Below are positions 9,127 to 17,348 of a stretch of 64,000 nucleotides of DNA, piece after piece. Within the stretch, counting starts at the first letter, position 1, and each line of letters opens with the position of its first letter. The notes beneath the pieces are model-generated. The model was not told where the DNA came from, did not search any database, and worked only from the letters and a program-made list of their open reading frames with translations. Both the position numbers and the translations under genes were made by a program. This stretch comes from an uncultured Candidatus Saccharibacteria bacterium (GTDB taxonomy: Bacteria; Patescibacteriota; Saccharimonadia; Saccharimonadales; JBBQAJ01), in contig CAZQZT010000002.1 of the NCBI GenBank assembly GCA_964597925.1, forward strand, positions 103,038 through 167,037, written 5' to 3'.

Positions 9127-12100
9127 TTAGTTGTTTGAGCTGGAGAGGGTTATCCAGCGATCGGACATGTAGATTAGGGTTATTGAATCGTTTGGACCTA
9201 GGGTAATGTTTGCACCACCAGGTAACTGAACCACCCCTGCTGAGTTGGTTATGGTAAAGGTATCATTTGTAGCATCTTGTTCGTTGTTTACTATGATAAG
9301 CATGTCACCATCTTTGGCGCTGGCTTCAGATATTGAAAGGTCTGGCACACCGCCGTTGCCAGTTTCGTCTGCATCCACGCGTACATAGCTGGCAGTTGGT
9401 GCCAGCGTATCGTTAGCTGTGCCGTCGTCTGTTAGATTAAGCGCTTGAACGCCTAGGCCGAGGCGATCTTCGATGAACAGGCTCGCCCCAGTACCAGTCA
9501 GCTCTACGCGGTCATCTGTTAATTCGTCATAGCCAAGGTATGCATCTTGATCTATTCCAAGCACCAAGCCAAGGCCATCGCCTAGATATATTGCATCTAG
9601 TTCGTATGCTGCTGAACCAAGAGTTATGCCTTCGGCTGTGCTTGGCAAAATATCTCCACTACTGGTAATACCGACTACTGCAACTATCTTTCCGGAGGCA
9701 TTTACTTGGAAAGCGTCCGCCGTACCTGCGAATAAGGTTCCAGATACATCTAGGTTGCCGGCTATGTTGGTGTTGTCCTGCAGGTTTATGGTGGTGCTGG
9801 CGTTGATGTTTAGCGTGGTTGTACTGGTTATATTTCCGCCATTGACGGCCAAATCGCCCGATAGCGTCGCAATAGCACCGGTGAAATTGTCACTCCCAAT
9901 ATCTATTGCGCCAAAACCATTACTGATTGAGCCGGCATTCAGAACGCCCGTACCAGTGATGGCTGTCGCTACCCCGTCATTGGTGTCGACCAGTGCAACA
10001 TCATGATTGTTCAGCAGACCTAGTTCAGTTGCATTGAGTGTCATACCCATGATGTCAAAGATATTTGTGTAACCCCCTGTTATACCGCTATTCGTAACAG
10101 TTAGAACACTTGAAATTGCCGTGCCAGTTTCTGCGTTATCAACCTCAATTACGTTATCTAGGCCTTGGTTGTGAGCGGAACTATTAATCTGTCTGATATA
10201 GATACCTCGAGTATTAGCATTGTTAGCAGTTGGTGTGGTATCTATGGCAATAATACCCAACGCGCTCGTACCAGTTGTTGTGTCGATATCGATGTTTTCG
10301 GTTGCGGCAAAGACATAATTCACCGTTGTACCAAAATTGATGGCAGTCGCGTTAGTTGCGCCGATATTTATGCTACCCACGGTACCACTAGCAGTCCCAA
10401 CATCTATGTTTATGTTACCCGAGTTACCGGATCCTCCGCCACTGGCGTTGCCACTCTTCAGTGTTAGATTAGCTGAGCTGATATTGGTCGTTTGGTTAAG
10501 GGTCTGTATGGTTTTGGTGCCGTCACTGAAACCAGCGGTACTGCCGAGGTTGATCGTAGACGTAGCATTGGCCCCAAGGTTGATTGTGGTGGCTGCGCCA
10601 AAGGCGTTTATAGTCGTAGAAGTAGTGTTGAACAGAACACCCATAATTTGATTGGTAGCAATAGTGCCGGAGTTAGCGTTGATTTGTCCAGACGTGGTGA
10701 TGACACCCGCGCCGGTAATACTCCACTCTGCGTCATTGAGTATGAGGTTTGAGCCCGAACTTGCCCCAATATTGATACCTAACGGACTATTGATGGTTCC
10801 GATGTTAATAGAACCTGAACTATCAAAGGTATTATCTCCAACATTTATATTTATATCTCCACTGGTCCCACCGGTGCTACCATCACCTGAAAGGAGCGAT
10901 ACGCTACCACCGACACCGCAACCGAAAAAACATGGTGCAATATCACCTTGAATTATGATGCTTTTGCCAGCACCACCGCCACCCTTTATGGTTGCAGTAC
11001 CGCTGCCATAAAAAGTTAGCCCACTGCCATCTAGGGTCGAATTTCCAGCCGTTATTGTAGGTGCATATATTGTCCCAATAGAGTTTATAGAAGTTAGGAC
11101 AGTACCATTTGCGTCCACAACCTCTAGAGCAAAACCAGAAAGTTTTTGTATTGTTAGAGACGCATAACCTACGTCGTCTCCTGTTAAGTATAGGTTTCCG
11201 TTTGATACTGCACCGTATCTCGGTGAAATTGCAACAAGGCCGTTATTTTGCACATAAACTTGTGGGACAGTATCTTTGACCAATTGCGCTCCCCACGCCG
11301 CAACGGTAGTACTACTGTTTGGTAGGATAATTTTTGGTGTGACGGCTGAAACACCCCCAGAGGTATTTTGGGTTACATAAAATCTCTGCCAGGTAGTGGT
11401 AGCAGTAAACGAACTAGCAGTACCTGTTACTGGTGAACCACCCGTGGTGTCGATACGTAAGTTTACGGTTGCTGTGCCACTGTTGGTCTTTACCCAAACA
11501 CTAAAAGTGTAGTTACCAGTTATGGAAGTTGCGTAGGTCTGTGCAAGCGTGCCGTTTATAGAAGTCGAGACCAACTTTTCGGCTGAAGTTTGACCATTTG
11601 GTGCAGGGTTGGAGCCACTATCATCCCCCGTGACAGTTAAGTTTGTAGTTGACCAGAGGGGCGAATCGTCTAGAGACTCACTTTGAGATATGAGGTTACT
11701 ATAAGAACCAAATCCACCGTTCGGCGTGCTTAATGAACCTATCGATTCTTGGTTACCTGCCGCATCAACACCTAATAGTTTTGAACCAAGAGAATTTGTT
11801 AGCTGGAAAAGGTCAGCAGTCTGTGAAGTAGCGCCCTGGATAACACCACCCACACTGCTTGCACTGGCGCTCTGGATTTTGAAGTTAGCGCTACTCTGGG
11901 TACTTGTACCGTTTTGGATATAGCCCGCAGCACCGGTAGATGCGGCGTAGCCACTACAGACGCTACCAGTGCTACATAGTGTGCCTGTTTCATTTGGCAG
12001 TGTCAGCGTGAGGCCTGCGCCAGGAGTAGTTGGTCCCCGTAGTGTAATACCATTTGCGCTACCGCTAGCGTAGAACAGTATTGAGCCAATATTCCCATTG

Positions 12101-15100
12101 GCTGTACCAAGACTGAGGGAATTTGAACCCTGTATAGAAGCTGTTCCTGCGATAGCCAAGCCAGCAAAACTAGGGCTCGCAACAGTATTGATATTTTGTA
12201 TGGTATTGACACTGTAAGCTCCGTTGGGGCCACCATCAGACACATTGAAGTTAGTACCATTAAAGCTCAGTGTACGCTCTGCGCTCAAGCCTGCTTCTGG
12301 CGCAAAAGTGAAATACTCTGCATTCGTCGGTGCATTGCCTCCACCAGAACCAGAACAGTTTTGCAGGGCAAACAGACAAAAATCGTCGGAGGCGCCCGCA
12401 TCAGGGATGGTATAGGTGTAATCGCCTGTTGTAGGAGCTACAACTATCGTAGCCGTATTACTGCTTCCGTCGCTAATTATGAGAGAACCGGCTTGCAGGG
12501 CTGCGCCCAAAGTAGCCGAACCGCCTTGAACAATCAGGCCTACACTAGTGGTTACGTTGACACCGTCATCAGTTAGGGTTGAATCCCCTACAGTTGAACC
12601 AGTAGAGGTGAATTTGGCTATTTGGTTATTGGTGCCAGCGCCAGTTACGCCACCGCCAGAGCCTGCACAGTTACCTAGATTCTCTAGACACAAAGTGTCA
12701 TTACCGCCAGCATCGGGTAATAAAACCGCATAGTTACTTGTTGGTGCTGCAAAATTAAGCGTTGCCGTAAACCCAGCATCTGTAACAGAAAGGCTGCTAG
12801 ACGCATTGCCTTGAATTGTGATGACTTGGCCGGTAGCACCTATAGTAAGAGCACCACTCGGCGTAATGGCCGTAAGAGCAGTCAGAGATGTAATGTCACT
12901 GTTGGCTCCACTTGCGGCAGCAGACAGGTTACTCCTAGCACTCGTAGCGTCAAGTGCACCAGTACCACCGTTCAGCACTGGCAATATACCGGTTACTTCT
13001 GTTGTGAGGTTAATGTCTGTTCCTAGTGTCGTCTGTAGAGCGCCACCAGATATTTGCAGGCCAGTCCCCGTAAGGTCGGTGAAAGCATCACTGTTAAAGG
13101 TAAACGCATCACCTGCTTGGACAGTTAGTCCACCATTGAGACTGGTAAGCCCCGTTACGCTAAATGTACTAGCAGCAGTAGTTGGGCCATTCAGACTAAC
13201 TGCACCCGCACCTGTTCCAAAGGTGCCCGCACCTGTTTGAATGAAGCTGCTGGTTACGGTGGTTGCGCCATCCAAACTGACTGCACCCGTACCTGTGCTA
13301 AACGTGTTTGTACCTGTCTGATTGAAATCAGCGTTCAAAGTCACATCGCCGTTTAGTGTCGTGTTCCCCGTGCCGGTAGTGAAAGTGCCTGAACCCGTTT
13401 GAATGAAGTCCGTGTTATTTAGTAGATTTAAGATACGGCTTGTGCTGTCAACTGCTACTAAGCTCGTTCCGGCTGCGTTGGTAACGTTGAGCGCCTGCGT
13501 ATTATCTGTCCAAGTGCGAATGACAACATTGTCGCTACGAATATTAATATCTCCATCTGTTCCAGTGCCGTCTCGTCGGCCAGTTTCTATATTTAGAGTG
13601 CCCCCATTTCCGTTACCACCGGCTCCTGCGGCACCGCTGAGAAGCGTTAAAGTACCACCCGTACCAGTGCCATTTCCTTCGGCACCCTTAACCCTAAGAA
13701 TCCCCCCGTTGGCGTTCAGGGTAGTTGGCTTCAGCTGGTTTATGGTTCTAGTAATTCCTGAGTTACCACCAAATGATAAATCACCAAACGTCGCGTCACT
13801 AGCGGGCGTGCTGCTGCCTGAGGATACACCTATTTTGCCAGTTACCTGTAGTGCTAAACCGGTATTGGTGCCGTTGTTTATATCTAGCACACCCCCAGTA
13901 AGGGCTGAACTCGAGTTTCTAAAAGTGTAAAGATATTCGCTGTTAGGCACCGCAACAGTAGCCGTGTCTTGAATGATTTTGGATAAATATCTACCGTCGT
14001 TCCCGGTGGAACAAGGCGATGAGTTTGAAGTTGTGCATATGACACCGCTTTCTGTGGGCAGAGTTAGTATATAATTGCCCGTCACACCTGAGCCTATAAG
14101 AGACTGTAGAGTAATACTCCCTCCGCCATCGTACGCGAATTGCAGCTGTCCTAAGTTATCTGTTCCAGAAGTCCCAATGCTACCAATTTGCACTTTATTG
14201 CCTACTGTCTGATGAAGTCGCACATCGTCTACGTAGAAATTCACGCCGCTTGCTTCTGCCGAATTCGTTCTTCGAACGTGAATATTGTGTGAAGGATGGG
14301 TAATATTTGTAGTAAAGCTACAGACAAATTGACTCCATCTTGGCGCCGCGGTGCTACCTTGGGTGGCTTTACTGATCGTACAATCAAGGGCGAACTGTCC
14401 ACCACCCAGTAATTGGTGCCCTATAACTATATCGTTTATGCTTGGAGTACCTACCTCGGCCATAATCCACATCGATAGCACATACGACGAATTTACTTGT
14501 GTGATGACTGGTATGGTTGCGCCATCTCCTGTGTTATTTGTAGTGGTAACTCTCATGGAACGCGAACCAGTGTGTACGTATTGAACATCTGAATTTGTAT
14601 TAATATCTGGCGTACCTGCTTGTGCTGGGTACTCTTGGGTCACCCAGCTAACTGGATCTACCCCCGGTGTGTCGGACTCAAATGTTCCATTGTTTATTAG
14701 GTTTGTGTACGTGTCGTATACGGTACTGACATTGAGTACCGAATTGCTGGCGGAATTTTGCACTTGGAAGACATTGGTTGAGTCTACTGTGCTTCTGAAC
14801 AATCCGTTACCAAAAGCTGAGAGGTTGCCTGCAACTGAAATAGTATTGCCCGACTGCGTAAGCAGAGAATCCCCTATCACGTCTGCGCTCGTGAACATTG
14901 GAATGGTTCCTGGTGTACCACCAGCTGTGGTTACACTAGAACCAGCACCTGATGACTCATCATTGGTACACAAAACCTGACCGAGGTTGTTGGTAGTCAG
15001 CGAGCCGCCATTTAGGAAAACCGTACAGTTGATGGGCAGCGTAAGCGTGCCGCCGATGTTAAGGTTGCCGCTCAAAGTGGCGCTGGCAAACGTTGGCGAG

Positions 15101-15852
15101 CTGGTTATGCCAATGTCTTGTGGAGTAGAAAGTGTGATAACTCCGTTACTATTGGTAACGATTATTTGATTCCCTGTACCTTGTAGGGTAATTCCGCCAA
15201 TCATGCCGTTGAGTAAGCTTGAGGCCGGTACATCATCTGGCTGGTTGATGAGACCAACGACCGCAGCAAGATCTTCGTTGGTCACGAGGTCACAGTTGTT
15301 GGTGCTCAAACAAAAAGTGCCCGAAGCATTCGGAAGTGTGTAGGTTTGGTTAGCCGTTAGAGTTTCTGTACTTAGGGTTCCTGCGAAACCGCTGTTTACA
15401 ACCTTCAGGCTACCGCTTGTAATAATGTCTCCATTTACAAAAAGTGAGCTTTTTGCACCCTTTATCTCCGCCGGTAAATCTGCAATCTCTGCATCTTTTA
15501 GAGATAGGTCTTGAGTTTGAATAACTGATTGACCATTTTGCTGGGCTTTGGGTGCTTTGCGAGCCAAAATAAGTATACTTGCCCCTGTAAATAGTGTCAC
15601 TACGAGCGCTATGGCTATAGAAACTATCACAGCTTTACGGTGAGAAAATGGCAGGAGTTTAGCGTGAGGAGTGTATTGGCTTGCCTGTGCTGCAGTACCT
15701 TGCTCATGAACTTCGAGATCTTCAATGGGATAGTTCTTTTGCGGCAAACCGTACTGGGCTACGAACGGCTGAGTCGTAGTTGACGCGGCCTTAACCGAAG
15801 TTACAGTATCGGGATTATTAGAATTATCAGCTTTGAGCTGAGAGTTATCCAT
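9127..15852 (-). CDS. giant (2,241 aa) single-pass membrane-anchored fibrous surface protein; putative adhesin / host-recognition fibre
   Basis: Uninterrupted 6.7-kb ORF. About 73 aa of N-terminus, then one TM (AVIVSIAIALVVTLFTGASILILA), then a T/S/G/N/A-rich ectodomain with internal repeats, two jelly-roll/CBM-like modules and tail-fibre-like motifs. All antisense ORFs in the track are short composition artefacts. Confidence 0.85.
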   Translation of the reverse strand: MDNSQLKADNSNNPDTVTSVKAASTTTQPFVAQYGLPQKNYPIEDLEVHEQGTAAQASQYTPHAKLLPFSHRKAVIVSIAIALVVTLFTGASILILARKAPKAQQNGQSVIQTQDLSLKDAEIADLPAEIKGAKSSLFVNGDIITSGSLKVVNSGFAGTLSTETLTANQTYTLPNASGTFCLSTNNCDLVTNEDLAAVVGLINQPDDVPASSLLNGMIGGITLQGTGNQIIVTNSNGVITLSTPQDIGITSSPTFASATLSGNLNIGGTLTLPINCTVFLNGGSLTTNNLGQVLCTNDESSGAGSSVTTAGGTPGTIPMFTSADVIGDSLLTQSGNTISVAGNLSAFGNGLFRSTVDSTNVFQVQNSASNSVLNVSTVYDTYTNLINNGTFESDTPGVDPVSWVTQEYPAQAGTPDINTNSDVQYVHTGSRSMRVTTTNNTGDGATIPVITQVNSSYVLSMWIMAEVGTPSINDIVIGHQLLGGGQFALDCTISKATQGSTAAPRWSQFVCSFTTNITHPSHNIHVRRTNSAEASGVNFYVDDVRLHQTVGNKVQIGSIGTSGTDNLGQLQFAYDGGGSITLQSLIGSGVTGNYILTLPTESGVICTTSNSSPCSTGNDGRYLSKIIQDTATVAVPNSEYLYTFRNSSSALTGGVLDINNGTNTGLALQVTGKIGVSSGSSTPASDATFGDLSFGGNSGITRTINQLKPTTLNANGGILRVKGAEGNGTGTGGTLTLLSGAAGAGGNGNGGTLNIETGRRDGTGTDGDINIRSDNVVIRTWTDNTQALNVTNAAGTSLVAVDSTSRILNLLNNTDFIQTGSGTFTTGTGNTTLNGDVTLNADFNQTGTNTFSTGTGAVSLDGATTVTSSFIQTGAGTFGTGAGAVSLNGPTTAASTFSVTGLTSLNGGLTVQAGDAFTFNSDAFTDLTGTGLQISGGALQTTLGTDINLTTEVTGILPVLNGGTGALDATSARSNLSAAASGANSDITSLTALTAITPSGALTIGATGQVITIQGNASSSLSVTDAGFTATLNFAAPTSNYAVLLPDAGGNDTLCLENLGNCAGSGGGVTGAGTNNQIAKFTSTGSTVGDSTLTDDGVNVTTSVGLIVQGGSATLGAALQAGSLIISDGSSNTATIVVAPTTGDYTYTIPDAGASDDFCLFALQNCSGSGGGNAPTNAEYFTFAPEAGLSAERTLSFNGTNFNVSDGGPNGAYSVNTIQNINTVASPSFAGLAIAGTASIQGSNSLSLGTANGNIGSILFYASGSANGITLRGPTTPGAGLTLTLPNETGTLCSTGSVCSGYAASTGAAGYIQNGTSTQSSANFKIQSASASSVGGVIQGATSQTADLFQLTNSLGSKLLGVDAAGNQESIGSLSTPNGGFGSYSNLISQSESLDDSPLWSTTNLTVTGDDSGSNPAPNGQTSAEKLVSTSINGTLAQTYATSITGNYTFSVWVKTNSGTATVNLRIDTTGGSPVTGTASSFTATTTWQRFYVTQNTSGGVSAVTPKIILPNSSTTVAAWGAQLVKDTVPQVYVQNNGLVAISPRYGAVSNGNLYLTGDDVGYASLTIQKLSGFALEVVDANGTVLTSINSIGTIYAPTITAGNSTLDGSGLTFYGSGTATIKGGGGAGKSIIIQGDIAPCFFGCGVGGSVSLLSGDGSTGGTSGDININVGDNTFDSSGSINIGTINSPLGINIGASSGSNLILNDAEWSITGAGVITTSGQINANSGTIATNQIMGVLFNTTSTTINAFGAATTINLGANATSTINLGSTAGFSDGTKTIQTLNQTTNISSANLTLKSGNASGGGSGNSGNINIDVGTASGTVGSINIGATNATAINFGTTVNYVFAATENIDIDTTTGTSALGIIAIDTTPTANNANTRGIYIRQINSSAHNQGLDNVIEVDNAETGTAISSVLTVTNSGITGGYTNIFDIMGMTLNATELGLLNNHDVALVDTNDGVATAITGTGVLNAGSISNGFGAIDIGSDNFTGAIATLSGDLAVNGGNITSTTTLNINASTTINLQDNTNIAGNLDVSGTLFAGTADAFQVNASGKIVAVVGITSSGDILPSTAEGITLGSAAYELDAIYLGDGLGLVLGIDQDAYLGYDELTDDRVELTGTGASLFIEDRLGLGVQALNLTDDGTANDTLAPTASYVRVDADETGNGGVPDLSISEASAKDGDMLIIVNNEQDATNDTFTITNSAGVVQLPGGANITLGPNDSITLIYMSDRWITLSSSNN

Positions 15853-16043
15853 AGTTGTGTTTTTGATTGTTTTTATTTGAGTTCGCCTCTGTTAGAAGCA
15901 AGATTGTAGCTTGTTGTGGCTACACTTTCCCATCACTATAGTACAAGAGGTCAAGGAGTTGCGCAAGCAATTTTGAACACATAATTTATAGATACGTACT
16001 TACTTATCCCCAGGTCTAGCTTTTTAGACAATTATTTTATTCC

Positions 16044-16865
16044 TTAGACCCATAGAATCGCATAGACGGCAGCCAAGCCAACCAACATAACAGCCAGAGC
16101 AATGAAGACAACTCTGATCATTTCAGCCCTTATAATTTTGCGCGCTAGCGGGTTGCGCCCTAGCGCAGTCATGGCACTAGATATGGCGCCGTAAATAATT
16201 GCACCTTCAGCAATTAGTACTATTACAAAAATAATCAGTGCAATCAGTACGCGTGCTTCGCCCACGTCTTTGCCAACTATGGTGCGTCCTAGACGTGCTA
16301 GCGCTGAATCACTTTCTGTGCCGGCATTTGCGCTTCCCTGTTGATTGAGATTTAGGGTGACTTTAGCGATTTGAGTTTGTTTGGTTTGACCTGCGTCTGT
16401 GTAGTTATACGGTGACGGATTTGACGGAGCATCCCCAGCAACACCAATAACCGTAGCCGCAAGCTCACTTGATTTCATGAGTATTCCTTTGAGCGGAGAA
16501 AGTACCAGCAAGTCCCCCCTTGCAACACCTCCGTTTATGTCGCTCACATAAGCTTGAACCTGACCCTCGCTTTCTACTAACACATTCGATGATTCGGATC
16601 CAACAGTAACAAAACTATTTTCTACAGTTGTAACAACTCCAACCACTCTGGTGCTGGAATCTTGAGTAGCACGCTCTACCCCTGAATCAGTTGAACCGTC
16701 AGCACTAAGCGCAACTACCATCCCCGTCTGAAGACCGCTGTCGATGGTAGTGTAGCCGCGAGCAATTGCCAAGACAGAAGCCTGAAATAATAAAAGTGCC
16801 ATCAGTGACAAGCCAGCAATTAGGCCCCCGAACAGTTTGATATTTCGTACTTCTCTTCGTCTCAT
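16044..16865 (-). CDS. secreted/membrane protein with a C-terminal two-helix membrane hairpin, unknown function
   Basis: I place the start at the ATG at 16865 (MRRREVRNIKLFGGLIAGLSLMALLLFQASVLA, a signal-like sequence). Central ~170-aa soluble domain. C-terminal hairpin ...LIAEGAIIYGAISSAMTALGRNPLARKIIRAEMIRVVFIALAVMLVGLAAVYAILWV. Confidence 0.6.
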   Translation of the reverse strand: MRRREVRNIKLFGGLIAGLSLMALLLFQASVLAIARGYTTIDSGLQTGMVVALSADGSTDSGVERATQDSSTRVVGVVTTVENSFVTVGSESSNVLVESEGQVQAYVSDINGGVARGDLLVLSPLKGILMKSSELAATVIGVAGDAPSNPSPYNYTDAGQTKQTQIAKVTLNLNQQGSANAGTESDSALARLGRTIVGKDVGEARVLIALIIFVIVLIAEGAIIYGAISSAMTALGRNPLARKIIRAEMIRVVFIALAVMLVGLAAVYAILWV

Positions 16866-16989
16866 GCCAGCCATTATCGTTATGTTTGTTGCTAGTATGA
16901 CGGCATTTACTCCGTAAAACAAGCGTTTAGCATTTAAAAACACCTTAGCGCAAATCAACCATACAATAGTGCTTAAGGTGAACTAGATT

Positions 16990-17298
16990 TTACGCTATTT
17001 TGGTGATTTTGAGATGCGTGTGGCGCTGACGATGCCCGCGGACTGTGTGAACGCGTTTTTTGGCTTTGTAGCGAATTGACATAACTTTGTCCGCCTGCAC
17101 ATCTGGAGTAACAACTTCTGCGGTAACTTTGGCACCCGTAACTTCGGGAGTGCCAACGGTGGTTTTCTCTCCGTCAATAACAAGTAATGGCACAAAACTT
17201 ACTGTTTTGCCCAAGTCTTTCAAAAGTTCGACTTCAACAGTTTCGCCTTCACTGACGATATACTGTTTACCACCGGTTGCAATAACTGCTTTTTTCAT
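16990..17298 (-). CDS. rplU: 50S ribosomal protein L21
   Basis: MKKAVIATGGKQYIVSEGETVEVE... and the C-terminal KKRVHTVRGHRQRHT are L21 hallmarks. Start taken at the ATG at 17298. Confidence 0.92.
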   Translation of the reverse strand: MKKAVIATGGKQYIVSEGETVEVELLKDLGKTVSFVPLLVIDGEKTTVGTPEVTGAKVTAEVVTPDVQADKVMSIRYKAKKRVHTVRGHRQRHTHLKITKIA

Positions 17299-17348
17299 AG
17301 ATACCAAGAGATTCTATCAGATACGAAGAGCCTTGTCAAAGGAGTAAA

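Noticed and set aside
9626-15169. About 20 plus-strand or alternate-frame ORFs of 60-175 aa overlapping the giant gene
   Set aside because: All are antisense or out of frame relative to a 6.7-kb uninterrupted ORF whose codon composition (GGN/ACN/AGY-rich) naturally leaves other frames open. Their sequences are P/V/S/A-rich nonsense.
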